This document shows positions 26,301 to 33,598 of a stretch of DNA of 64,000 bases, piece by piece. The notes under the pieces are model-generated. The model was not told the origin of the DNA. It searched no databases and worked only from the letters and a program-made list of their open reading frames with translations. The position numbers and the translations under genes were made by a program. The stretch spans positions 15,457 to 79,456 of the forward strand of contig DXBE01000021.1 of assembly GCA_019116685.1 (NCBI GenBank). The letters are read 5' to 3'. Positions within the stretch are counted from its first letter, which is position 1; each line of letters starts with the position of its first letter. Origin of the DNA: Candidatus Prevotella avicola. GTDB taxonomy: Bacteria > Bacteroidota > Bacteroidia > Bacteroidales > Bacteroidaceae.

Positions 26301-26953
26301 CCCAAGGCTTGGGCTCTTCTGACGTGACGGCTACCTATACCGACAATCTGGGCAACTCACGCGTCAAGTCGTTCAAGGTGGTCATAGACCACTTCCCCTT
26401 GACCCAGGACGGCGTGAATCCCAATATCTACGCATCTGGCTCATGGGACGCAAGTACCCATACGCTGATTACGGGTCAATGGGGCTTCGGTGGCTGGCAA
26501 TACTCCAGCGCGGTAGACTTCTCGAGCTATAAGTATATCGTGATAGAGTTCGCCACGGCTCCTTCTTGCGGTGCGTCGTTCCGCCTCTTTGACGAGAACA
26601 ACTACTGGAGCAGTCCTGCCATGGTAGCGTGTGACGATCAGAGCAAGGTTGTGATAGAACTTTCCACTTTGAAGAAAGATGGCTCCAATACTCCCTTAGA
26701 CCCCAGCCACATTTACATCGCTGGTTTCTGGTCGAATGGCGGCCAGCCCATCAAGATTAAGAATATCTTCGTGAGCCAAGACGGCAACACCTCCGGCATA
26801 GACGAGGTGGAGACCGAGGACGGCAACGAGTTGGTGGATGTTTACTCCCTGCAGGGCATATTGCTCTACCAGGGCGTGACAAGGGCAGAGGCTGAGTCCC
26901 TGCTCAAGCCAGGTATCTACATCATAGGAGACCAAAAGGTCGCTATCAAATAA
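23351..26953 (+). CDS. Multidomain secreted glycosidase: GH5 + GH43 + GH43_C2-like + Ig-like (Big_2) + unknown domain + T9SS-type C-terminal sorting domain
   Basis: 1200 aa with a signal peptide. GH5 motifs NLHGF, FELANEP (acid/base) and IVVTEMDW (nucleophile) in aa ~30-400. GH43 motif FHNPILNADFPDPDAIKVGDTYYMVTTTF in aa ~418-685. MQWQWNHNP...GYLRLHT beta-sandwich at aa ~705-903. Big_2-like segment at aa ~928-1012. Unassigned domain at aa ~1015-1142. C-terminus ELVDVYSLQGILLYQGV...LKPGIYIIGDQKVAIK resembles a T9SS type A CTD. Confidence 0.9.
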   Translation: MKKPLRYLLLLLLCVLTQAPALAWPGMPLPRLHVDGRYFKDNNGNIVNLHGFAQTYSPWFNEQGTKWSNYDVQACLAYNQQKIDQILAAGWKMTFVRQHMDPYWSNEPGVHTEGENDISAFRMERFKKYLDEVFVPMALYAVDKGLYVVMRPPGVCPEYISVGGEYHKYLLSVWEVVAKHPKLRNHPNIMFELANEPVSIKAADGSDGGFKEMHDFFQEIVDMMRQYCDNIILIPGLGWQANYKGYADYPITGQDIGYAVHCYPGWFNSGTTDAPDVNYEKFQRGWDEQIGPVSNFAPIVVTEMDWAPEKYFTKNPDGSSSGPSWGHGMTGTAEGTGFGANFKLIADKSGNVSYLIFTGCELLAQFDPNNPATSAANTTFLNDPEACPWPVYHWYLDYANKEYPRQDFSRLYTADNGDGTFHNPILNADFPDPDAIKVGDTYYMVTTTFHNFPGCTLLKSKDLVNWQYCANPLEKMSSNPEYNLENDQNIYAKGDWANSLFYKDGKFYIMFNAFGNADDGGGYLLSATDPEGQWEMTRLSEGYYDPGVLVDEDGTVYVACGNGTLSVVQLDENFNKVKSATVDGGFDGLEGSHFYKIGDYYYIYAVSCAWPGTQWCFRSKNVFGPYEKKEVFNDGKATHQGALIQTQSGEWWTILMRDAGSVGRVPNLLPVSWEEDWPVIAENNTNAVNLTLNKPNVGGAYPITYLPTNDNFRDYKIGMQWQWNHNPDNNRWSLFDNPGYLRLHTSGTASSPKQARNSLSQRIFDYKDGAPSMGTVCLDISGMKDGDVAGISVFQDPYGYIAITKQGNAWKLTQAIVGDENENYTTSIDVTPVDNKIYLRAIADFSTNKATFNYSTDNANYLPIGKAMTMAFDLSVFAGNRYMLFNYATQQEGGYVDVDWFSTEQNFSEDTYFDPNYTSYSKDYLTMTNLEISQDTYSLLPGTGKSFTLTATYKDGHQQDVTAEAKYEIANPAVLSISNGRLVPQGLGSSDVTATYTDNLGNSRVKSFKVVIDHFPLTQDGVNPNIYASGSWDASTHTLITGQWGFGGWQYSSAVDFSSYKYIVIEFATAPSCGASFRLFDENNYWSSPAMVACDDQSKVVIELSTLKKDGSNTPLDPSHIYIAGFWSNGGQPIKIKNIFVSQDGNTSGIDEVETEDGNELVDVYSLQGILLYQGVTRAEAESLLKPGIYIIGDQKVAIK

Positions 26954-26960
26954 TCTTTTC

Positions 26961-26988
26961 GGCGGGTCATCCAAGCGGGTGACCCGCC
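26961..26988 (+). terminator. Possible terminator hairpin after the GH5-GH43 gene
   Basis: GGCGGGTCA (26961-26969)/TGACCCGCC (26980-26988). No clear T-tract follows. Confidence 0.4.
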
Positions 26989-27151
26989 GCTGCGTTCACA
27001 TACCCAGATCCCATGCGGCCAATTGCTCCAAGACCAGCGGCGGTAGCGACCCTCGAAGAGGTTCAACGATATCAGTTTAAGTTAACGGAAATTTCCCCGT
27101 TAGTTATTTCTGTTTTACTGGCAAAACTTGCTTGCTTTGCCGAATAATTAT

Positions 27152-27159
27152 TACCTTTG
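27152..27159 (+). promoter_or_regulatory. Candidate -7 promoter box (TAnnTTTG) for dinD
   Basis: TACCTTTG lies about 48 nt upstream of the ATG at 27207. Confidence 0.4.
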
Positions 27160-27206
27160 CAGATATAAGTGACCTGGAAGTGTCGATGAAATTTGTAAAA
27201 TAGAAG

Positions 27207-28070
27207 ATGAAAGCCGAAGAAATCATAGAATTGTTTCGCCAGTTTGAATCCATCGCAAATGAATACGAAGGCGTGGAATGTTGGAGCGCAAGGGAACTTT
27301 CCTCCTTATTGGGATATGCTCAATGGCGTAACTTTGAGAATATCGTAGAGAAAGCCAAGTTGGCTTGTGAGAACGCGGGACAAGAGGTGTCCTATCATTT
27401 TGCTGACGTCAGCAAAATGATAACACTAGCCAAAGGCGCCCAACGTGAGGTAGATGACTATATGCTAACGCGCTATGCCTGCTATCTTATTGCTCAAAAC
27501 GGAGACCCTCGTAAATCGCAGGTGGCGTTCGCCCAAAATTATTTTGCCGTACAGACGCGACGGGCGGAACTGGTACAAAAACGTATACTGGACTATGAGC
27601 GTGTCGTGGCTCGCAATAAATTGGCAGAAACCGAAAACCATTTGTCGGGCATTCTCTATGAACGTGGTGTGGACAGTAAAGGCTTCGCCATAATTCGCTC
27701 AAAAGGAGACAAGGCCTTATTCCGTTTAGATACGGCGTTGCTGAAGCGTAAGTTAGGCGCTCCCGATAAGCGTCCTTTGGCAGACTTCTTGCCAACCATC
27801 AGCATCAAAGCTAAAGACTTTGCCGCGGAAATGACTTCTGTAAATGTACAGCAAAAAGATTTGCATGGACAAGAGCAAATCTCCCGTGAGCATGTGGATA
27901 ACAATGCGGCAGTAAGGAGTATGCTGCTACAGCGTGGAATAATACCTGAGCAGTTGCCACCTGGTGAGGACGTGAAAAAGGTGGAACGGCGATTGAAGTC
28001 AGAGGAAAAATCATTGACCCAAAAACGAAAGAAAAACTCTAAAAGTCGTGAGGTCGATGAAAAGTTGTAG
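27207..28070 (+). CDS. dinD: DNA damage-inducible protein D (DinD)-like protein
   Basis: 287 aa. The N-terminal region ([46 protein letters not shown]...[56 protein letters not shown]) matches the DinD family pattern as I remember it. Confidence 0.8.
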   Translation: MKAEEIIELFRQFESIANEYEGVECWSARELSSLLGYAQWRNFENIVEKAKLACENAGQEVSYHFADVSKMITLAKGAQREVDDYMLTRYACYLIAQNGDPRKSQVAFAQNYFAVQTRRAELVQKRILDYERVVARNKLAETENHLSGILYERGVDSKGFAIIRSKGDKALFRLDTALLKRKLGAPDKRPLADFLPTISIKAKDFAAEMTSVNVQQKDLHGQEQISREHVDNNAAVRSMLLQRGIIPEQLPPGEDVKKVERRLKSEEKSLTQKRKKNSKSREVDEKL

Positions 28071-28092
28071 AGAATGCGAGAACATGTCTCTA
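28065..28092. repeat. Degenerate hairpin-repeat fragment overlapping the dinD stop codon
   Basis: TGTAGAGAATGCGAGAACATGTCTCTACA. The preceding GATGAAAAGTTGTAGAGA resembles the MITE segment CGACGAAAAGTTGTAGAGA. The TAG stop at 28068-28070 lies inside TGTAGAGA. Confidence 0.5.
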
Positions 28093-28351
28093 CAAAGCCG
28101 GTAGATTCCATGCGGTTAATTCCAAGGCGCATCAGCGATAGCCACCATTCATTTTTGAGTGTTTTATTTACAATTTCCCGAACGGGCGTTAAAATAAGGA
28201 AACATATTATAATATTAAGGTGTATTTTGGACATTTTAGGAGGAAATTCGTAAATTTGCGTTAGCAATCTGGAATGCGTACTAGACGCTCGCCACCTAAC
28301 CTCGCTAACTATAATAATCTATATATTCCGCGACTTAATATTCTACGACTT

Positions 28352-30823
28352 ATGTACAAACAGAAATTCCTATTGACGTTATCCGCGCTGTGCCTGTCCG
28401 CGATGGCAGCCCTGGCGCAAACGGTGACACGCACAGACCAAGGCGTTACGCTCACCGCAGATGACCAAAAGGTAGAGGTCACCTTCCTCAACAATGACAT
28501 CGTAAGGGTGGTGAAATATCCTACCCAGTATTCCACCAATCCCGGCAAGCCCTCCATGGCGGTAGTGATGAAGCCCCAAAAGACTTCCGTCTCCTTGAAG
28601 GCCGAGGCCAACCAAGTCACCCTGTCTTCCAAGACCTTGCGGGTGAATGTGGATAAAGCCACTGGCGAGGTGAGCTTCCTGGCCAAGGATGGCAAGCAAC
28701 TGCTTACCGAAACAGGAAAGGCCAATTTCACCCAGATTACCGAGCGTGCCGACAAAGGCAACTATAAGTCCAGCCAGTCTTTCAAGCTAGAAGCAGACGA
28801 GGCCATCTATGGACTGGGCAACCTGGAGAACGGCAAACTCTCGCAGCGCGACGTGGACCGCACCTTGCTGCCTGGAAACGTGGAGGACGGCATTCCCTAT
28901 ATTCTCTCCGTGAAAGGATATGGCGTATATTGGGACAACTATTCCCCGGTCCGCTTCACCGACAACCAGCAAGGCACCACATTCGAATCCACTGTGGGCA
29001 ACAGCGTGGATTACTACTTCATGCGTGGCAACAACGCCGACGGCGTAGTGGCACAGATGAGGGAGCTGACGGGGCAAGTGCCCATGTTCCCCTTGTGGAC
29101 TTATGGCTTCTGGCAGAGCCGGGAGCGTTACAAGAGCCAGGCCGAGTTGCTGGAAGTGGTGACCAAGTACCGTGAACTGGGCGTGCCCATCGACGGCATC
29201 ATCCAGGACTGGCAATACTGGGGCAACAACTATCTGTGGAACGCCATGGAATTCATGAACGCCGACTTCCCCAACGCCAAGGGCATGGTGGAGCAAGTCC
29301 ACAAGATGAACGCCCATATCATTCCCTCCATCTGGTCTTCCTTCGGCCCAATGACGAAGCCCTATAGGGAACTGGACGCGAAGGGATTGCTCTTCAATTT
29401 CTCCACATGGCCCCAGTCGGGTATCGGAGAGCAGTGGCCTCCCCGCATGGACTATCCTTCTGGCGTGAGGGTATACAATACCTATAGCGCGGAAGCCAGG
29501 GACATCTACTGGAATAACCTAAAGCGTCTCTATGACCTGGGCATGGACGGCTGGTGGATGGACTCCACGGAGCCGGACCATTTCGACGGTACGGAGGCGG
29601 ACATGGACACGCCTACCGGCATGGGCACCTTCCGCAGCGTGAGAAACGCCTATCCCTTGCTCACCGTGGGCGGCGTATATGACCACCAGCGAGCCATAGA
29701 CTCCACCAAGCGCGTCTTCATTCTCACCCGCTCGGGCTATGCAGGACAGCAGCGTTATGGCTGCAACGTTTGGTCGGGAGACGTGACTTCCTCTTGGGAC
29801 GCTTTGCGCAACCAGGTGAACGCAGGCCTTAACTTCACCCTGACGGGAAATCCCAATTTCAATTCAGATATAGGCGGCTTCTTCTGCAGTGCCTATAATA
29901 ACTCCTGGGGAGACGGAAGCGCACCGCATAACCCCGCTTTCCAAGAGCTTTACACCCGCTGGATGCAGTTCGCCATCTTTACGCCCATGATGCGCAGCCA
30001 TGGCGCGGACGCTCCCCGAGAGGTTTACCAATTCGGCAAGGCAGGCGAACCCATCTACGACGCTCAGCTGGCCGCCATCAAGATGCGTTATTCCCTGCTG
30101 CCCTACATTTACTCCACCTCCTGGCAGGTGACCAGCCAAGGCTATAGCTTCATGCGTGCCTTGATGATGGACTTCCCCGCAGACAAGCAGGTGTGGAATA
30201 ACCGAGACGCTTTCATGTTTGGTCAGTCATTGTTGGTGGCTCCCGTGCTCAAGGCGCAGTATACGCCCGAGTCACAGCGCAAGATGACCGCCGAGGAAGG
30301 ATGGAACAAATCGGAAGGCGACAAGACCGTGGCCAACCTGGGCAACGTAGATTTCTCGCAGCCCAAGACCACGCAGGTTTACCTGCCGCAGGGTGCCGAC
30401 TGGTATGATTTCAACAGCAACAAGCACTACCAGGGCGGACAGACCATCACCTTGGAGAGCCGCATCAACCTCGTGCCCGTCTTTGCCCGTGCCGGCGCTA
30501 TCATCCCCATGGGTCCCGACGTGCAGTATGCCACCGAGAAGAAGTGGGACAACCTGGAGTTGCGTGTATACGCCGGTGCTGATGGCAGCTTTACCCTCTA
30601 TGAGGACGAGGGCGACAACTATAACTACGAGAAGGGTGTCTACAGCACTATCTCACTGAAATGGGACGACAAGGCCCGCCGCCTCACCATCGCCAAGCGT
30701 CAGGGCAGCTATCCCGGCATGCTGACTCGCCGTGCTTTCCGTGTCACCTTGGTAGACCAGCAAGGCAAGACTGTCACCAAGACGGTCAACTATACAGGCA
30801 AGAACGTCAGCGTGAAGTTCTGA
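28352..30823 (+). CDS. Glycoside hydrolase family 31 alpha-glycosidase (alpha-xylosidase/alpha-glucosidase type)
   Basis: The ORF opens at 28274, but the signal peptide MYKQKFLLTLSALCLSAMAALAQ starts at the ATG at 28352. GH31 motifs GMDGWWMDSTEPD (nucleophile region) and RSGYAGQQRYGCNVWSGDV. DUF5110-like C-terminus (FTLYEDEGDNYNYEKG). Confidence 0.9.
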   Translation: MYKQKFLLTLSALCLSAMAALAQTVTRTDQGVTLTADDQKVEVTFLNNDIVRVVKYPTQYSTNPGKPSMAVVMKPQKTSVSLKAEANQVTLSSKTLRVNVDKATGEVSFLAKDGKQLLTETGKANFTQITERADKGNYKSSQSFKLEADEAIYGLGNLENGKLSQRDVDRTLLPGNVEDGIPYILSVKGYGVYWDNYSPVRFTDNQQGTTFESTVGNSVDYYFMRGNNADGVVAQMRELTGQVPMFPLWTYGFWQSRERYKSQAELLEVVTKYRELGVPIDGIIQDWQYWGNNYLWNAMEFMNADFPNAKGMVEQVHKMNAHIIPSIWSSFGPMTKPYRELDAKGLLFNFSTWPQSGIGEQWPPRMDYPSGVRVYNTYSAEARDIYWNNLKRLYDLGMDGWWMDSTEPDHFDGTEADMDTPTGMGTFRSVRNAYPLLTVGGVYDHQRAIDSTKRVFILTRSGYAGQQRYGCNVWSGDVTSSWDALRNQVNAGLNFTLTGNPNFNSDIGGFFCSAYNNSWGDGSAPHNPAFQELYTRWMQFAIFTPMMRSHGADAPREVYQFGKAGEPIYDAQLAAIKMRYSLLPYIYSTSWQVTSQGYSFMRALMMDFPADKQVWNNRDAFMFGQSLLVAPVLKAQYTPESQRKMTAEEGWNKSEGDKTVANLGNVDFSQPKTTQVYLPQGADWYDFNSNKHYQGGQTITLESRINLVPVFARAGAIIPMGPDVQYATEKKWDNLELRVYAGADGSFTLYEDEGDNYNYEKGVYSTISLKWDDKARRLTIAKRQGSYPGMLTRRAFRVTLVDQQGKTVTKTVNYTGKNVSVKF

Positions 30824-30916
30824 GCGCATTCCGAATCTATCTAGATAATGAATCCCGCCCAGCAAGGCCAATGGTCTTCTCTGGGCGGGATTCCCGTTGT
30901 TGTCATTCACCTGCCT

Positions 30917-31040
30917 CCTTGCTTGCCGAGACGCAAAAATGCGTCTCTACACGTTTCTGCTGACATTTTGTTATGTAATTTTGTCAAGAATGTATTAGCC
31001 GTCGCGTGTAGAGACGCATTTTTGCGTCTCAGCAAGCAAG
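30917..31040. repeat. Hairpin-repeat variant: 34-bp inverted arms with a ~55-bp spacer (AAAAA-loop variant)
   Basis: CTTGCTTGCCGAGACGCAAAAATGCGTCTCTACA (30917-30951) and TGTAGAGACGCATTTTTGCGTCTCAGCAAGCAAG (31007-31040). Confidence 0.8.
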
Positions 31041-31198
31041 AAAACAATGGAAGAGCCACGTCCCTGCATTTGGGGTATGCGCAAAACGCGATTCGCCATT
31101 ACGTTTCGCCATTTCACCATCTGAAAGGAAATCTCCCCGATTGGGGTTAAAAAGGCCTAAAAATAGGCTTGGCAGGGAGCTTTCTACCATATTAATAT

Positions 31199-31206
31199 GT
31201 ACCTTT
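31199..31206 (+). promoter_or_regulatory. Candidate -7 promoter box (TAnnTTTG) for the sigma-54 activator gene
   Basis: TACCTTTG lies about 24 nt upstream of the ATG at 31230. This supports the internal start MARILIVEDD. Confidence 0.4.
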
Positions 31207-31229
31207 GCATCAGAAAGCAGATAGACTTT

Positions 31230-32636
31230 ATGGCACGTATCCTGATAGTGGAAGACGACTTGACCTATGCCACCATGATGCAAGCATGGTTGCGCAAGCA
31301 CGGCTTTGAGGTGGAGAAGACGGGCGCGGTGATAGATGCCGCCAAGCTTTTCACCGCGGGCGGCCAGTTTGACTTGGTGTTGTCTGACCTCCGCTTGCCC
31401 GACCGCGACGGCCTTTTCTTGCTCCACTGGATGCGCAAGCAGGCCATCATGACCCCCTTTATCGTGATGACCAGCTACGCGGAGGTGCAAAACGCCGTGG
31501 AGGCCATGAAGTCTGGAGCCTGCGACTATATCGCCAAGCCCGTGGAAAAGGAAGCCTTGCTCCGCAAGATACAAGATGCCTTGCGGCCAAATTCTGCCGC
31601 GAAAGAGCCGGGGAACGCCGCCCCCTCTCCGCTTCCTGCCACTTCCGCCAAGCCTGCCCATCCCCATTCCGCTCCTCTTTCGTCCAAGGAGAAGGTAGCG
31701 GACGGAACTCCCAAATACATAGAAGGCAAAAGCGAGGCCTCCCGCCAACTCTATGATTACGTGAACCTGGTGGCTCCCACGCCCCTTTCCGTGCTCATCC
31801 TGGGAGCCAGCGGCACTGGCAAGGAGTATGTGGCCCATCGCATCCACGAGCAGAGCAGCCGGGCAGGCAAGCCTTTCTTCGCCCTCGACTGCGGCGCGAT
31901 TCCCAAGGACGTGGCCGCCTCAGAATTCTTCGGGTATACCAAGGGGGCGTTCACGGGTGCCATGGCCGACAAGAAAGGCGCCTTTGAACTGGCCAATGGC
32001 GGTACGCTCTTCCTCGACGAGGTGGGCAACCTGACTTATGACGTGCAAGTGCAACTGCTCAGGGCCTTGCAGGAAAGGAAAGTGAGACCGCTGGGCGGCG
32101 CGAAAGAGGTGGAGATAGATATCCGCCTGGTGTGCGCCACCAATGGCGACCTGGCCAAGCTGGTGGAGGAGGGCACTTTCCGTGAAGACCTTTACCATCG
32201 CATCAACGAATTCACCATCGTGATGCCCGCCTTGAAGGACAGGGACAGCGACCTCTTCCTTTTCGCCGACCTCTTCCTGAAACACGCCAACGAGGAACTG
32301 GGACGTAACGTGATAGGCTTCGACGACAAGGCTTCCGAGATGTTGGCCCGCTATGACTGGCCCGGCAACCTGAGGGAACTTAACAACGTGGTGAAGCGCG
32401 CCACGCTGTTGGTGAAGGGCGACTATATCGGCGTGGAGGAGTTGCGCCTCTCCATGCGACAACCAACCCACCAGGAGAACCTCGCCTTGCGTGACGAGAA
32501 CACGGAGCGGCAGCGCATTCTGGCCGCCCTGAAGTCCACGGGGGGCAATAAGAGCAAGACCGCCATTCTCTTGGGCATTGACCGCAAGACCCTTTACAAT
32601 AAATTGCAGAAATACGGGCTATCTACCGAGCGATAA
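31230..32636 (+). CDS. Sigma-54-dependent response regulator (NtrC/Fis family bacterial enhancer-binding protein)
   Basis: Receiver (ILIVEDD...DLVLSDLRLPDRDG), a Pro/Ala-rich linker, AAA+ sigma-54 interaction domain (VLILGASGTGKEYVA; GAFTGA; LFLDEVGNL; ELNNVVKRA) and a C-terminal Fis-type HTH (NKSKTAILLGIDRKTLYNKL). Confidence 0.9.
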   Translation: MARILIVEDDLTYATMMQAWLRKHGFEVEKTGAVIDAAKLFTAGGQFDLVLSDLRLPDRDGLFLLHWMRKQAIMTPFIVMTSYAEVQNAVEAMKSGACDYIAKPVEKEALLRKIQDALRPNSAAKEPGNAAPSPLPATSAKPAHPHSAPLSSKEKVADGTPKYIEGKSEASRQLYDYVNLVAPTPLSVLILGASGTGKEYVAHRIHEQSSRAGKPFFALDCGAIPKDVAASEFFGYTKGAFTGAMADKKGAFELANGGTLFLDEVGNLTYDVQVQLLRALQERKVRPLGGAKEVEIDIRLVCATNGDLAKLVEEGTFREDLYHRINEFTIVMPALKDRDSDLFLFADLFLKHANEELGRNVIGFDDKASEMLARYDWPGNLRELNNVVKRATLLVKGDYIGVEELRLSMRQPTHQENLALRDENTERQRILAALKSTGGNKSKTAILLGIDRKTLYNKLQKYGLSTER

Positions 32637-32661
32637 CCCAGCTACACATTATTTAATTTAA

Positions 32662-32805
32662 GTGAATCCGGCGAAAAGTTGTAGAGACGCATTCTTGCGT
32701 CTCAGCAAACCGCCAGGCCTTTGCGGGTGGCGATTTTATTCAGCGATTTTGCTTGCTGAGACGCAAGAATGCGTTCTCTACACTTTGGCAACGACAAGTT
32801 ATACA
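32662..32805 (-). mobile_element. MITE-like element, degenerate/truncated copy
   Basis: GTGAATCCGGCGAAAAGTTGTAGAGACGCATTCTTGCGTCTCAGCAA...CTGAGACGCAAGAATGCGTTCTCTACACTTTGGCAACGAC. The inner arms are conserved. The outer TIR is diverged on one side and absent on the other. Confidence 0.65.
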
Positions 32806-32852
32806 CCCCTCTAACGGGTTATCGCCATGCAGGCTGAAAACATGCCGTTATT

Positions 32853-32962
32853 AAAACAAGTTATTTTCCTGATTAAAACAAGTTATTTCCGACACGAAAA
32901 CAAGTTGTTTTCCCAAGCAAAATAACTTATTTTCCCGAGCGAAACAAGTTGATTTCCCCAAG
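32853..32962. repeat. Tandem array, exact 22-bp period x 5 (core AAAACAAGTTRTTTTCC)
   Basis: Core starts at 32853, 32875, 32897, 32919 (inverted-type core AAAATAACTT) and 32941. Reverse-complement relative of the array at 44251-44362. Confidence 0.85.
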
Positions 32963-33020
32963 CCCCCAAAATAACGAGGCGGCAGAGGGGGTGTTTTCCA
33001 CAGGATTGGGGAACGGAATT

Positions 33021-33057
33021 GTGGAATAATTCCACACTTATTCCACAATTTCCACAC
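33021..33057. promoter_or_regulatory. Candidate enhancer (UAS) for the sigma-54 activator
   Basis: Palindrome GTGGAATAATTCCAC (33021-33035) plus two further TTCCACA half-sites (33041, 33050). These lie 70-105 nt upstream of the -24 box. Confidence 0.35.
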
Positions 33058-33124
33058 TTCCCCAATTCTCATAAAAATTTTCTTCTTCCTCAATATCAGG
33101 CAGTTAGCTCTTTCGTCACCCTTT

Positions 33125-33140
33125 TGGCACGCCCGTTGCA
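33125..33140 (+). promoter_or_regulatory. Sigma-54 (-24/-12) promoter
   Basis: TGGCACGCCCGTTGCA matches TGGCAC-N5-TTGCA. GG and GC are separated by 10 nt. It is intergenic and about 56 nt upstream of the ATG at 33197. Confidence 0.7.
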
Positions 33141-33196
33141 TAAATATAAGCGTCAACAAGACAACATATTTAATAACAATAAAAACTGAAAGAATT

Positions 33197-33379
33197 ATGA
33201 AGAAGTTATTTGTATTGGCTTTCGCCTCAATGGTATTGGTATCTGTAAGTAATGTATTCGCAGCTAAGGGTGTTGAGGGCACTCTGCCTGAGACTGTCGT
33301 TTCTGACTCTACTGTAACTACTTCAACTGACACCGTAGCTGCTCCTACTACTGCCCCCAGCGATAGCGTTGCTCAGTAA
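33197..33379 (+). CDS. Small secreted Thr/Ser/Val-rich peptide (60-aa precursor)
   Basis: MKKLFVLAFASMVLVSVSNVFA|AKG... has a Sec-type signal peptide. The mature ~37 aa contain DST, DTV and DSV. It has its own sigma-54 promoter upstream and a strong terminator downstream. No homolog recognised. Confidence 0.55.
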   Translation: MKKLFVLAFASMVLVSVSNVFAAKGVEGTLPETVVSDSTVTTSTDTVAAPTTAPSDSVAQ

Positions 33380-33428
33380 GGGACATGTATAGTGGCATTT
33401 CCAAGAGAGGAATGTGAATGAGAGAAAG

Positions 33429-33470
33429 TAGACCCGCCCGGGCAATTGCCCGTGGCGGGTCTCATTGTTT
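33429..33470 (+). terminator. Rho-independent terminator after the small peptide gene
   Basis: TAGACCCGCC (33429-33438), inner palindrome CGGGCAATTGCCCG, then GGCGGGTCT (33454-33462) followed by CATTGTTTAT. Confidence 0.7.
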
Positions 33471-33559
33471 ATGGCCCTTTCGCGGGACGGCAAGGCGGTA
33501 TTCTCGCGCAAAACAGCTACTTTTCCATCCCAAGAGGCTTACTTTCCAAAATAAATGCG

Positions 33560-33567
33560 TATGTTTG
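33560..33567 (+). promoter_or_regulatory. Candidate -7 promoter box (TAnnTTTG) for the hybrid kinase gene
   Basis: TATGTTTG lies about 32 nt upstream of the ATG at 33599. This supports the internal start MKLSVSAKV. Confidence 0.4.
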
Positions 33568-33598
33568 CAGACGGCAAACAACGTTTTTTCCCACCACG

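Noticed and set aside
28274-28351. N-terminal extensions in the ORF track (28274, 31197, 33446, 39234, 46631 (-), 46625, 48300 (-), 50099 (-), 54343 (-), 62251)
   Set aside because: In each case an internal ATG begins a canonical N-terminus (signal peptide, lipobox or conserved family start). It is often preceded by a TAnnTTTG box. The extension is low-complexity or basic and overlaps promoter or repeat DNA.
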